Shown here piece after piece: positions 39,145-54,044 of a stretch of 64,000 nucleotides of DNA (position 1 is its first letter; each line of letters starts with the position of its first letter). A program made the position numbers and the translations under genes. The stretch is from Bigelowiella natans CCMP2755 (Eukaryota > Protista > Cercozoa). Location of the stretch: the NCBI GenBank assembly GCA_000320545.1, contig ADNK01000614.1, positions 124,001-188,000 of the forward strand, in the 5' to 3' direction. The notes beneath the pieces were generated by a model. That model saw nothing but the letters and a program-made list of their open reading frames with translations, searched no databases and was not told where the DNA came from.

Positions 39145-40291
39145 AAAAAACCTGTTTACTGTCACTTATCGTGCATCGTCCTGCATTCTTACATCATCTT
39201 CTGCGATATGATAAGTAAGGCCCAAAATTCAAAAACTAAGTCAAGCAAGAACGTGTTAACCATAACAGGCAATGATGAATAATGCAACATGCAAGTTCGT
39301 CCTTATATCCCACACAAAAATGTGCATATTTCATTGACTGTACATATTACATAAATGAAAAAGTGTAGTGAATTTGGGTTTTAGGACATCTAGACAACAC
39401 ATGACATTGCTGAACATAATGACGCATGCTAGCATGCATGCATATAATTACAGTGCTATGTACTGCATGTGTGCAAGCAAATCAGCCGTTAGTGCATCAT
39501 TGCCAAGGTTGACTACAAATGACTAGAAGTAGATTAGCCATGCATTTTGATTCATTTGCCATGGGTATTCTTTTCGTATGATTTTAGCTGCTTCAATCAT
39601 GAGCGTACCACATATGTCGAATTTTGTCCACTAGCTAGCTAGTCCACATGAAAGCAACGCCTGCATTCGTTGAGAACATTCAAAGTGTGGCAGTAGATGA
39701 TGATATCACCAGCAAGCAAAGCACAATTTTTGTTCGATCTGTCAATGAATTTAGGTTGCTTCCGTTCCTTAGGTTGGTTCGTTTAGGGACAAATTGACCT
39801 TATTAGTTTACATGCATCGTCAAGAACTTCACTTGCAACGCCGTCCCTCATTCGGGAGCTAGTAATCAATCACTAGTCGTTTGGTCCTTGTTTACTCACA
39901 TATCGTTAATGATGCAAGAACCCCGTCAACTGCTCGGCCAGCATTAAGACTCACCCGTCAATCCTAGTGCATTGCAGTGAAGTGAGAAGAAGTTTATCTA
40001 CGCGATGAAGTATCCACGTGATGAGCGTCTGAGTGATCTCTCGTGGCAAAGAGCAGTTTCTCTGTATTATCTTTCTATTATTTGGTAATGGATAATCGTC
40101 CGAAAGAATAGGATGGATTTAAATGGGGTCTACGAAGGGATTTCACAATTGTGACCTTGTTAACTGTAGAAGAATCAGACAGAATCAGGTGGAAGTTAGC
40201 CCTATAGGACCGAATGGAATGGAGACTATTGGATGGAGATCTGCAACTTTTATCCCAGCATGGCTTCAATGTAATCTTCAACCATTTGGTG

Positions 40292-40339
40292 CGTTCGCCC
40301 TAACACGAAGTACGACTCGTTCGCCCTAACACGAAGTAC
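40292..40339. repeat. 22-bp direct repeat CGTTCGCCCTAACACGAAGTAC x2, 4-bp spacer
   Basis: Identical copies at 40292-40313 and 40318-40339. Confidence 0.9.
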
Positions 40340-40642
40340 TCCTCAAAAGCGAGGTTTTGAGGAACTGGTGAACCAACGAGGATTTTTGGCTTGCGACCAT
40401 CTCAGGCCTTGTCGCAGGATGGATTCGCAACTGTTTTTCTATTAATAACGGCCGCCATTGATCGACTGTTCACCTGTTCCACCCACCCCAATTTCTTGAG
40501 GATGGCCTTTTCCCCTCTCCATATGTGTAGAGGCATCGGCACTAGTGGTGCAGCTGTTTCCTCAACGCATATTAGTGACTTCGCTTGAAACTATCTGGAG
40601 ATTTTTCTCGGCTAAGACTTGGCCACTGAAACCTTCGTCGAG

Positions 40643-42848
40643 ATGGGAAATCACTGGCGATGCATCATAGCTTTCATTTGTCTAATTGCAATTCCTCGGG
40701 AAGTCAATGGCGAATATTTTAAATGGGAAAAAAATCTTACAACTATAGTAGCACCGTCAAGCGGCATAAAGGTATCAATGGGGATCCGCCACATATAATT
40801 GCAACATGAAAATATAAGCGCGCACGCACATACAAACAAAGGTAGACAAACATGCACATGTCTCACTTTATTAGATATTACCATTTACCCATAATAACGC
40901 TCTTAGTATCTTGGCGGAGCTCCAGGCGATCGAGTGCTAATCAAAGAAGATACGATGAACATTATCATTGGTAACGAATCACCAATAAGCACACATCGTG
41001 ATAAAAAACTGGATGCAACATAAATGTGGGTTTGGACTTTGCTTCGGTAGGAGGGGGAGCATCTCCAGAAGACGTAGAACTTACTTGCCCGCCGAAGTTA
41101 AGCTGCCCAGTCGGTGCAGTGTGCACCGAAGTATGGAACTTAAAGGGCAATCTTTGGGCCAGTAAAGCTGCTATGAAAGTTGGAGTCACGCTAGATAATG
41201 TATATTTGCGCTTTTACAACTCCCATGAATCCAGCAGGTTAGTACAAAACTTGTTTTTACTTGCAAAACAAGTTTTTTGAGCTTCTCTGCCTATATCGCA
41301 GCTGTGGCGAAATCTTCCTCACAAGCAGCATAACAGGGGGATATTCAGAGCTTATAGTTAAAAACTCGATTATCAACATTGACCAGGCTCTCTCGGTAGC
41401 AACCACCATGTGCATCACTGCAGCAACTTTGATAGACCATGTTCTAGTTCTCATATGAGCGTGCATGCAGGGAATTTTCACCGCGGCTGGGGATTCTATG
41501 AGAGTCACTATCCAGAATGTTACAATCTCGGGGAACATGAACCCAAGTGAAACTTTCTTCTCCGCCAATTTATTCGAAGCACTTACGGGTGCGTCACAAC
41601 AAATGAAGCCGAAATTGATGAGACTATAGGTTTTCATATGCAGATATTTTGTATTTTTAATCGTCGTTTCCCTTACTTCAGCCAACTTTGAGTTAATAGT
41701 AATGGACTCGTTGTTCTCAAACTTGACGGTCAGAAAGAAGATTCTCTTTTTTATCTTCTTCTATGGTTGGTATATGATGATACGTGTCTTCCGAAACAGC
41801 TGACGGCAAACATGGTCTCTGTGGCACAGTCGGGCTCTCTTTCATTCATCAACAGCGTATGCTCTTACCATCCATCCAGCAATGCTGATGTTGCTTAAGT
41901 ATTTGATATACACTCCCCAGAATGTCACCGGAGTTTACCCTAAGTATCCGCAATACGAAAACACAAGCGCCCTCTTTAACGTCGACGCCAACACAACAGT
42001 CAGGTCTTACTTTTCCCCGATATTTTCCCAAACAAGAGTAGCAGTGTCATCGCAAACGATATGCCCCCGCCCATTTGATATATGTTTGTACATCTGTCAC
42101 AACACAGCATCAAATTCAGCAATTTTAACGATATCCGTGGATCCACCTCTGCACTGGTGAGGACAGCGCCTCAAGATATTAAAGCATAAGCTCGATACTA
42201 AATTATATGACATACTTATTCTGCACGAAACACAATCTCTCCCTTGGCCCGGGGCAGTTCTCATTGTCGCCCTTTAGATATCAATCTATTAGATTGGGTA
42301 TCATGTGCTAGGAGCGTGGCCTTACAACCCCTAGTGCATACATGCTTATGGTTACGTATGTGTGGTTGTGGTATTGTGTGTTTTAATTACTGAAAAAGCT
42401 TTTCCGGTCTGTGATACAAGACGGCTCGAGCGGCACTGGAAGTTTCATTTTCCACCAGATCGCGATTACGAACAGCAGGTAGCGTTACGAAGAGTAGCAA
42501 AAAAGAGCCAGGCATAAATATATGTGTATATGAACGTTTAAATCTTATAGTTTTGTTGATGCCTCTCACACCCGAGGTCAGGAATGCAGCGGTATGAACT
42601 TTGGTGCTAATTTATTCTTCAGAATCGGGCTGCCGCAGACGTACTTGAACTCACAGATTTCAAAATCACAAAAGGGAACCACTACGCACTACTGTAATAA
42701 TGCAGCCCTTCCTCTCTCCACATTCTTCAAAACAAAAATAGGCTTATTTACTGACGAAAGGGGAATCCTATTTATCATAGAACACAAGGAATACGTGAAA
42801 GTATTTGTACTTGCGATTAGTTGAGACTCTTGTTCGAACTCATTATTT

Positions 42849-42924
<76 letters not shown>

Positions 42925-45780
42925 CTCTCTCTCCCTTTCGTGCTTTCCTTCATGTGTCAGCCGTGTTTAACCTAGCCGGGAATGATGGCATTATTAGTTT
43001 CTCTCACATCACCGTCTCTTCAATCGTGAGAAAGTCATACTGAGGAACACACAACAGCACATCAAGTTTGAATCGACTATTCTGTTGCTGAGAAGAGTGA
43101 ATTGTGAAACCTGGGCATTGAGAACGTTGTAGATTTGAATTTGTATCCTTGTTTAAAGTGCAAACAACATAAGTACAGTACAAACGCAGATATGTGTGTA
43201 ATTCATACATGACGGGTATGGTTTTATGCACGTATGTAGTGATAATTCGGTATCCAGTATGCTCATCTATGATACTCTATGGAACTCCGATTTAACTCTT
43301 TCGGTAATACAGCCCCTCCTCCCCCCTTTCTTTAGTGCACGTGAATGAGAGCATTATCGAGTGCCCTCAGGATCGGTGTGACCAACGACAGTCTCTTATC
43401 TTCGTCGTTTCCGCAGCTATTCATTCATTCACTATGATTCCCTTAGAACCTTAAAGTGGAAGATTGCGAGTTTGAGGTGCTAGTGTTAAACCAGAGAAAC
43501 GGAGGTCTTGCCGGCGATATTTTATATCACACTAAATATTTATATCACACACACACACAAACACATACGCATTATTAAAAAATAAATATATATATATATA
43601 TATATATATATTTAATTTGTGTATGTGTTCGTTCATGTTATAATAGCCAGTGGAGGAGCTTTTCAGAACTACACTTACGCTCTCGAGAACTCCAACATCT
43701 CCAACATGTAAGGAAAGATTTGCGAAAGAGTTCACTTGTACGACATCGATTTTATTTGTACATGATTACTGAATACATCCATCGTCACCGGCATTGATAA
43801 CTCACTTATTCTGATAACAAGGACAATGACGGATAACGGCACCCTAAGCCAGGACAGCTTATTCTACTTCGGATCAGGAACGAGTCTTGCAATCCCAACG
43901 TGCTAAATTTGTCTCTTTTGGAAAAGAAACCACCTTTTGCTTCCCTTCGCACCCGCAACTATTCCATTCGTCTGCGCTTTCGCTTCCACACATATTGCCT
44001 CTTCATCATCTTATCAACATCAGCGATGGTGCCCGTTTCGTCGCGCATGCTCCATTTTGTGCCCTGAACTTGATTTGAGTGAAGTCATGTTTTCCTTCTG
44101 CTTTTCTGTGGTCTTAGCTCTATCATCTTCCGTTCCGTATCCATGAACGCCGTAGAACACGCCTGGGTTCGTGCCCGGAGTCTCGTTGTCACTGTCGCTG
44201 TCGTAGTCTTATTATTGTGCATGTGCATGCACGTTTGAGCTCTGCCTTAGCTAGAATGGACCTGGACAAACTCTCAGCAGCCTATCTATCGTGACCCCGC
44301 TTTTGCATTCACATGCTACGTGCAAATATAGGTTCTGATTGAGGCTAGCGTCCTGATGAAAAACGGAGCAAATCTGACTTTCACGGACGTAACAATGGCT
44401 GATTCGGTAGTACAACAAACATCATCCACCCTTTCACCGCATGCGAGTTTCAGTTCCATCAGCAATGAGACACAACTGAATAATAATCCTGTGACGGTTT
44501 CTTTTTGTTGGTTGTGATGAATACCAGAGCATAGGAAAAGAATCCGGGGCTACCAACGTGAGTTGAGTCATTCCTAGAGTTGTCTACATTCGCTGTCATA
44601 CTCCCAGCAAAGCTCATCGGAGTTAACTTACAATGATTTCGTTCAGCAAAATGAATTTGCCTCTTTACTCCAGGCGTTAATCTCTATTGCTTACGGAAGC
44701 GATTACAACGGAAGAGACCAAATATCTATTAATGTAGGATGAGCAAAGCACAAACGAGCAACTGCGACGACGCTATTTTTTTTTATAATAATTCCTGTCA
44801 GCATCTGTACTTGGAAAATGGAAGGGTGGTGGCGCTTACGGAGAGCAGCGCAGAACATTTTCTCAGAAGATTTTATCTCTAGAAGCAAAACGATTTCGTT
44901 TCCTTCCGTGCCGATCATTGGTGTTGAATTTAAGTCTGATGGGTGCAGGCATCAACTCCATTGTCCTGAAGCGATGATAAAATGTATTTAATACGTAGAC
45001 GTTCAATGTTACCGTCCAGAACTGTCTGCTCATCAATGTGCAGTCGGTCAGTCGTAGCACAGAAACACCCACACACATCACACTATTGCAACCCCCATCC
45101 CGTGTCTTCCATGCTGAATGCTTGTGATTCGTATGAAAGCATTGCTTCATGCTGCTGCTGGCGTGAGAAACACATGATGCTTAAGATTTCTACATTAAAG
45201 TTATTGACGCTTCTATGCATGCATACACGCACCTTCGCAGCACAAAATGGGTATAATGAACTTCGATGGGTACAATAACATTAACCTGCTGATCCAGAAC
45301 TCAACCTTCAAAAACCTCACGTAATACCAACAATAAAATCAGGAGAATAGTAGTAGTAGTAGTAGTAATCCTCTCTTTTCCGTCACTCTCCCTTCATTAC
45401 AACCCAGTTCTTTATCCATAACCCTCTCTATCCTTTCTCTTAGCACGACAATCGAGTACATGATTCACTCTTTTCGTTTCTCAATAAAAATACCGACAAC
45501 AGGAAATCTCTCTGGAACGATTACGCCTCTCTAGTGACGCTCGATGCCCCCACTTCTAGCTCCGCAGTTTCATCCGTGATAATTGAGAATGTGATTATGG
45601 AAAATGCTGAGTACCCCTTGGCTAATTGTGCGAACGGGTGTGTAACAAGTGAATGAAGATCGATCGTAATATTATTAAAGCTTGCTGTTCTCCCAGTCCC
45701 GCTCACCTCTTCAATCCTATTCCTGAATTTATCTTCCTCAACCATAATTTGTGTCTACAATTCGTACCCATGATATAATA

Positions 45781-45819
<39 letters not shown>

Positions 45820-47534
45820 TCTGGGGTTTACACTTATGCCAGCAAGAAAGGCGCTTTTGTGAGACGCCAGCTAATTTGTAGTGATCTCATGCCAATCGTA
45901 CAGGAACCCAAGCTTCCAGTTGCGGGACAGTGTGTTTCGCGTGATGGGTGTGCACGGGTTCAATTCCAGAGCTCTCTTTGCTACCTCCTCAGAAACGTCC
46001 AACATGTTCTTCCTCAATGTGACTCGGTAGTAATGAGCGATGGGATGATCGTGGCTACTATCACCAGAAGAGAGAAGGAGGAGCAAACATCACCCTTATC
46101 ATCATCGTCGTCATCATCACCATCATCGTCACCGTGAATATTCCTCTCCCTCCCCAGGTGTACATTCAAGAAAATCAACGTGAACGAGGCCAATCAGCCT
46201 GCGATCGTGAGGGGCAGTGGTGACTCACAAGCGATCGTCAACATAATTAATTCGACTTTCGAAGATTGCCTGGTATGTTCATTAATAGCAGCACCCGCTG
46301 TAACAACACTCTTATTCACTCACTCACTCACTCACTCACTCACTCACTCGCATCTTCATACAATGGCATTGTATGCCCTGAAATTGGTAATGATGCACCT
46401 GATCGATCATCCGCACACATGTTGTACGAACATACACGTGCCTCATTACACCTGGTGTTCGGCATTATTACAATCGATCGAATCATCATCATCAACGTGC
46501 AAGCGTGTATCTGTAGCAGTTGGAGTAAAAATGGACGGAGATAATAACATGCAACGTCTTGGTAGGGCAACGGGGATGGAGGCATGTTTTCACTGGGAAA
46601 CAACGGATTTCTGAACGTCCGCGGCTCCACATTCACACGCATTACTGTAAGATGATGCGTCTCTCTGTCTTTTCATCGCGCCAGCGTGTGTGCTCGTACA
46701 TGTTGCTGCTGTTGGTAGTGCTTTTCTTAGGAAATTTATGTATATGTGCATGAATGTAATTTGTGAGTGTGAAAAGCGTGCGTGTACAGCGTATCCATCA
46801 GAGGGTTTATGCTAATACAAAGCTCATATGTCGTGTTCCATACCTCCCCCCCTCTGACTCTGCGCTCGGCGTTTGTAGAACAAGATGGGAGGCTCAAAAG
46901 GAGGCATCGTTTACATCACGTCCGGAATAACAACCTTTTCGAACTGCAATATCAATGAATGGTGGGAGCACTAACACATATATTTGTAAGACAATGAAAA
47001 AAAAAAAGCGCGCGCATGCGTGTGTGTGTGTGTGTATTCATGCGGGTTGTGTTGGATATCTCAGCTCTGGATCGAAGGATGGAGGAGCTTTTTACCAACA
47101 GGAGGTACGGCGGAAGAAGAATTGAAAATTTAGAAAAAAAAAAAGAAGGGAGCTCCACGTGCATGCACGATGGCGATAGAAAAGTACTGAGGATTTCCGC
47201 CAAACAACAACGTCTTAGAACCGTGATTTACCACATAGTTCCGGGACGAAGATAATCAGTGTTTTCACCTTTACATTAAAAGTTTTCATCGCCCGAGAAT
47301 GAGATACGGGCTTCTACTACGAAAATGCAACATAGCCAGTTTTTCATCATCGGAATTGTGTCGCTACATCATCAGCAACTCCCCTGTTGTCAGTCACGAT
47401 CCTACTGCTACTAACTATCTACCATTGGGATTGATGATAATTAGGGCGATCTTGTTATAGATAGCTGCAGGTTTAACAGGACGAGTGTTGATACAACTGG
47501 AAGTGGAGGCGTACTCAACCAGGTGGTTCACTAA

Positions 47535-47565
<31 letters not shown>

Positions 47566-50500
47566 TAGCTCGCTAGTCTCTCCCCGCCCAAAAGACATCA
47601 TCATTAGCACTTTGGAGTCATGAGTGCTGACATTTTTGCCTTTCGACCGTGTCTCTTATTTGCATGAGAAACATGTCAACAAAACGCCTGCTTACACCAG
47701 AGAGAGAGCGAAGCCAACAGAAATGAAAGCCAGGCATGACGAATAATACCTAGATGGCAATATCCCCGCCTCTTCAAGTGTTCGTTCAACGTATTTTCTA
47801 TCCAGGCTGCTGGTATTGCGACTGTGGGTAGTACCGTCGTCGATACGAGTAGAGATATTTTCTACGGGGGCTTTGCTTACATTTCGGGGTAAGCCGACGC
47901 CTGTTGATATTGAAAAATACAAAGACTGAAAAGAAAAAGGAGAGCCAGCGACAAAAAAATCTTCAAAAGGAGAAAGAGAGTAGAGAGAAAAACAAGTGTG
48001 CAGTAACGACAGTATTACCCAATAGTGTTAGAGCTCAGCTATACAAAGTGCATATATTAATAATAGCCCACACGACTAATTGTGATAATATGTGGCTGCT
48101 GTTGTTGTTGTTGTTGGTGGTGGTGGTCTCTATCTCTTCTCCTCCTCCTCCTTCTCCAACTTTGCTGTGCACCGCAGAACTATTACCATGTCAGATTCAA
48201 CGCTCACCAACCTCATGGCGACGGAGGCTGCATTCCTTTACATCAATAACGGCGCCACAGCTAGCCTCGAAAGTAATATCATTTTTCGGATATATGCCGG
48301 GTTCTGATTGGACGGGAGGAGAGCGATCTACTACTTGCACTATACATTTACAATCATTGTATTTATCCCCATCCTTGTGCAGCATTACCTGTCACGTCCC
48401 AGTTGCAATTTGCAACGCCATTCTCACACCAAACTAGTTGTCATAATTTATGGTAATCCTTCGTCGTTTTCTTTGTATCTAGGGGTCTCGGTAAGCCACG
48501 TCAACGCCTCGATGTCTGCCTTTTTCTACGTCAGTGGACGAGCAGTACTCAAAGCTTCGAGATTCACTGGAACAGATGGTTATGGGTCACAAGCCGTGCA
48601 TGCCGACACGACCAACGTCGTTATGCTTTCGGATTCAACCTTCAGCAACTTCTTCGGAAGATCAGAGGGGGGCTTGGTTTATGCAGGGGCACGCACAAGG
48701 GTGTGGCTACAGCGCTGCACAATTAGAAATATTGTAGGCCGCAAGTTCGGAGGAATTGTCTCGGTTGGAGACTTTGCGAACGTTGTCATCTCCGGAGGCT
48801 TCATCTCGAATGTAAACGTGGAAGGGAATGGAGGGGTGGTATATGTTGTTGGCGAGGTGGCCACAATTAACATTACGGGTGTCTCCGTTGATCACATCGA
48901 AGCGCTCAATGGAGGCTTGGTGTGGATCTGGAACGGCGCTCAAGCTCATATCTCACACTCTAACATTACCCACTGCAAGAGCAATCAGGGTGGAGGGGTC
49001 GTATACGCAATGTCGAACGCTGGGGTTAGCATCTCGGATTTGAGGGTCACGAAGTCTTCGGCGGACTCTGGCGGAGTAGTGAGTGCGCATGGCAATGCAC
49101 AGATTACCGTGATCAGATCGTACTTTTCCGGAATAAACGCTACAAATGGAGCACTGATTTACGCAACTGGCGGTGCTATGGTTGGGGTGTCCGACGTCAT
49201 AGCCGACTCCCTATCCGGTTCATACGGCGCTGCGATCTATCTGAGAGGCTGGACGGAAATGTACCTGACAAACGTGCATTTCAGCAACGTACAGTCCCGG
49301 AACTCCATTGTAGAGGCCTACGACTACGCTTACCTCGAGATCACTGATAGCACATTCACACGGAGCATTCCCGAGGATCCAAGCCTCGACAAGGCTGCCG
49401 TGTTTGATTTCTCCGATTCATCTGAGATACAGATGCAGACCGTCACCTTGTTCAATAACACAGTCGGTTCCAGCGGATCAGTTGTGTATTGGCAGAGCAC
49501 AAGCAGCGTTACGGCTGGGAACTGTAGCTTCCAACTCAACTCAGGCGCTACCGCAGGTAGTGGGATTTACCTTACAAAGGGCACGCTCTTCCTCAATAGA
49601 TCGACTTTTGAGGGGAATACTGCCACGCGTGGAGCAGCTCTGAGTATGATTGGGGGCAGCGCGTTCATTGTTGGATGCACATTCGATCAGCAGCGGGCTT
49701 CTGGGGGGAGTGGGGGGGCAATAAGCGTGCTCTCAGACAAGGGGGTCTACCTCAATTTAAATGGCTCGACATTCACAAGAAACAATGCCACTGGGAACGG
49801 TGGGGCGATTTCGTTCAAAGGTGGCGCTGTGAGTATTGTCAACTGCACTTTTTCTGCCAATTCGGCTGGGCAGCATGCAGGGGCCCTAGAGGTTACTGGG
49901 ACTCCTAGTTTCCTGATCATCAGCTCCAGATTCTGCGCCAACACCGCAGGCATACAGGCCAGCGTGCGACGGAGTGTCTACTACTACGAGCGTCCAAGGG
50001 GGGGGGCAGTTGGAATCTTCGATGTACCATTTGCCCCTGATTATAGCATAAGGCAGACGGTATTTGAAGAAAACGCCGCTCCGAACGGTTCCGGGGGTGC
50101 TATTTTTCACGAAAGGGCGCGTGGACAGCCCGTTTACCACGAACTCACGTTCACTAACAACCAAGCCGTCCAGGGCAGCGACACGGCCTCAAACGCGGAG
50201 AGCTTGCAATGGAATGCATCAGGGCTGAATATTCCGTCTGGAAAGACAATACCGGCTGCGATCTTCATAGTGCTCAAGGATGTGTACGGCAATCTCAACC
50301 AGCTGCACGACATTACTACAGCGGAGCTTCTCATGAGCAACTCGACCATCACAAAATGGGGCTTTGATCTTAGCGGCGGGGAGGCGTGTGTCGGCGGCGG
50401 ATGTCCTGTACCAACAGATACAATCATTACTGGGAAACCTGACAGCGCGACAAAGGGGCGGCTGCATGTAACGGTAGCAAAGACAGGTGGCTTCACCACG

Positions 50501-52948
50501 TACGACCTGTACAGCACAGAAGAAGTCTTCTACATCTTGCCCTGCCAGGCTGGACAGTCGAGGCAGGAATCGACGTGCGGAGATTGCACAGTCGGGACGT
50601 ACATGCCAACCGCCCCGGAAAGGGTGATGGAATGCTTTGACTGCCCAGCGGGCACATATGCGGCAACTTCTGTATCTACCTCATGCACACAATGCGCCCC
50701 AGGAAAGGTGTCCACAGTGGCGCAGTCTTCTTCGTGCGTGCCCTGCCTGGAAAACTACATTCCAGACGACGCGAGATCAGCATGTGTCGCATGTCCAGCC
50801 AATGGCGAGAGCGATACAAATCGGACGAGCTGCTACTGTCTGAAAGGATTCTACAGTCTGGAGGCAGGGAGTGCAACAACTTGCAACGACTGCCCGACAG
50901 GAGGTGTTTGCGACTCACCAAACACCACTATCGATACCATTTTGCCTGCATTAGGATACTGGCGGGACATTTACGTCGAAGCTACGGCGGAGTACATCCA
51001 ATGCCCCGTTGCTTACATCTGCAAGGACGATGGGTCGTGCTATTCGGGCAGCGAAGGTATTGCGTGCACAGTGTGCAAATCGGGTTATGGCCGCCTGAAC
51101 GATTACGAGTGCGAAAGGTGCCCTCCCCTCCTTCTCAACATCTTAAGAATCTTCGGTGCATATTTTCTGGTGATGGCTGCAGGCATTTTACTGACATATA
51201 TAAACGTGAATACGGCATCGCGTAGCATTGTTGAGAATGACACCTCCCGAGGAGCCAAGAACAGAAAGGACAACGGACGGTCGTCAATTATCTTGAAGAT
51301 CCTTCTCAACACGATACAATTCAATGCGATCGCCTTGTCTTTCGAGTATAGATGGCCCGCAGCAGTACACAACTTGTTGCGAGTACAGTCTTATGGCGGC
51401 AACGCAATGGCGAGCCTCATGAACGTGGACTGCGCGTTGCAGGGGGTCCATTCCAAAATAAGACCGTTTTACATAAACTCGCTAATCATTGCTATATTCC
51501 CAATTTTGATCCCTGCTTTGGCATACGTCGCAGTCATGTTCACAAGAGCATGCAGGCAGAAAGGGGGTGGTGAAGCGGGCCATCAACAGGGGGAGGGGGA
51601 AGCTTATGACCAGAAAGAAAGGAGCGGGGAAACCCAGCTTCAGTACGATAGCGACGAGGATGAAGATAGCGCTGCACACCTGTACACCGCAGAGTTAACC
51701 ACTGCGATGGTATCGTTATTTTTCTCGCTCTATCCGTCGCTTGTCCTGCAGACATTCAAGCTATTTCAATGCAAGCAGCTAGGAAGCACGGCGGACACAT
51801 TCGTCCTTCAGCCTGACATGAGCGAACGGTGTCATCAGGGAGCGCAGCTTTTCTGGATGTTGGTCTTAGGGTTGCCAATGGCCGCCATCTACGTACTCGG
51901 GTTCCCGATCGTGTGCTTCATTCTGCTCTATAAAGACAGAGACCACTTGCCCAGCCGTTGGCCGGCTGGGCACGGCATGAATGTGTACCAGCAAGAGATG
52001 TCCAGAATCGCGAGCATGAAGCTGTACCTGTTTTTCCATGGCTTCAAACCAGAATTTTATTTCTATGAAGTAGTTATCATGGTCCGAAAGCTTCTTGTCG
52101 TTGCCATAGCCGTATTTGCCCAACACCAGATGATCCAGGCTCTACTGGGAAGCCTTCTAGTTGTCATCTTCCTGACTCTACAGGTCTCGCTGCGTCCATT
52201 TCAGGAGTCGCTGACCAATGGAATCGAGTTCTACTCGCTCATAGTCTCGTTCATCACGTTTTTCCTCGGCTTGTTTCTTTTTTCGCCGATCGGTGTCGTG
52301 GGGGAGATAATAGTATCATTTGTCATTGTTACGGCAAACATCATTTTCTACGCCGTCGCAGGATACTACCTCATGCACGATCTGTACTATGAAAATTTGG
52401 CGGAAAAGGGCAGCAAACCCGTAAATTCTGAGAACGAGCTCACGCGACATGGCGATCTCCGCATTGATCCTTACGGCGGCCAACACATGAGTAAGAGCAC
52501 CTCGGCCACTATCGACAGAAACGGAGAAACATCTCGAGGTCTTGGGGATGTCGAACTGCGACCATTGTCCAGGCGAGCTCGACTCTCTGCAACAGAAACC
52601 AGAACGTATGAAGGAGAGGATAATTTATTGGCAGCAGTGGAGGACCACCTCTCACTTTATGCTAACCCCTCTATAACACGATCGGTTAAGAAGATCCCAA
52701 AAATGGACAATCTCCGGCTCGAAGAAGATAGCAAGTCAGGGAGAGGAAGATCTAACCAAACGGAGAATATCCTCTTTGGCACTGTCATCAAACAACCTGT
52801 CAGGAGAGAACGAACTTTGAAAGCTAGCTTTACTTCAGCAAAAGAAAATGATAAAACAGAAATCCAACCAGCAACTGTGACAATACGACGGCCGAGGCGA
52901 AACCGCATTGTGCGCGCTAGGATAATTGATCATTCAGATTCAGATTGA
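40643..52948 (+). CDS. Giant cell-surface protein: signal peptide, beta-helix/Pmp-like (GGA[ILV], FxxN) repeats, Cys-rich GCC2/GCC3-type repeats, multi-pass TM domain
   Basis: Exon 1 40643-40771 (MGNHWRCIIAFICLIAIPREVNG signal peptide). Many small exons follow (e.g. 40907-40970 joined to GGGASPEDVELTC), then a ~4.5-kb terminal exon 48483-52948. That exon has FEGNTATRGAAL, FTRNNATGNGGAI and FEENAAPNGSGGAI, CxxCPxGTY repeats, ~8 hydrophobic helices and a cytosolic tail. Middle exons are not all resolved; linkage of exon 1 to the terminal exon is inferred. Confidence 0.8.
42853..42918. repeat. Compound (CT)n(GT)n microsatellite, representative of dozens of intronic SSRs
   Basis: Directly visible. 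Other examples: (TA)n ~1526-1563, 10658-10684, 47540-47564; (GA)n ~10825-10884, 35210-35260; (GT)n 57205-57240; poly-G 60448-60468; (TAG)n 60236-60266. Confidence 0.95.
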
Positions 52949-54010
52949 ACTTGTTTCATTGACGCACGCTGTTGGTGATCAACGAGCTCACAGTACATTA
53001 GACGGTGAGTAAAGCTTTATAAAATGTTTTATTAGACATGTATAGATTAAAAATACGTACCATGATGTAAGTTATTGAATTGTAACTTTGTGATCTACAC
53101 TAATCTTAGCATTCCCAAACATTGCATTACACCCACGCCGCTTAGAGTCACAAGCTGTAGCTGGCCCTCTCCGCAACGTACATCGCGCTGTCTTTCTGAT
53201 TTTGGGCTCGCTTTGAATGCGTTCGCATGTTTATGTTACATAGTGTCTATGATGTAATGCTGAGTGATGTTGCCTCCAGCCGCTGCATGCTCATGCTAGA
53301 TTGTATCTGTGCGTTGTCATGACTGTTTGTTCTGACATGAAAATCCGTAGCATTGCAACAAGTGGCTCACACATCTGTCTGCTAGCCTAATGAAGCACAC
53401 GAACACACTAGCATGCTTCCCACAAGTCCGTCAAACCTGTAACGAATCGCCAGAATGTGCATTTGGAAGCTTTTGCGCGCGACCAAGCGCGTCATGTGAT
53501 GCAATGGACATTGGATTTGCTCGCATTTCTTTGAAATTTTTCGTGCACATCACATTTGGTCAAACGCACACGCAAAAGCATTCAAAATGTGGCAGAGAAC
53601 AAACGCGCAGCGTGCATCCGCTGCACAACGGGTGTGAATTTTCACACTTTGAGGCCTTGAAAATGGACATTTTGGTCAACATTTCGGTCATTTTTTCAGG
53701 TTTGGCCATCGGACAAGTTCTGATGACTTTTCTTTGACTAACTGCAACTGCCTGCTGCTTCAAAGCGCGTCGCAAAGCGCTGCACTGTTCACAACCCCGT
53801 CGTCACCGGGTTTGACGGACTTGTGCCTAGCTTCGCATCTCACAGCACCAGTTGACTGCACACAATGGACACAGCAATGCACCACATGTGTTGCATACAT
53901 TGTGCATTGCATGTCTATCATGCATGAAAACGAAAAGCATGAAAGTTTTGGTTCACTTGTGCACACGTGCAGTTGGTTGTGCTTGTGTGACCGTGCATTG
54001 TCCAGATTTG

Positions 54011-54044
<34 letters not shown>

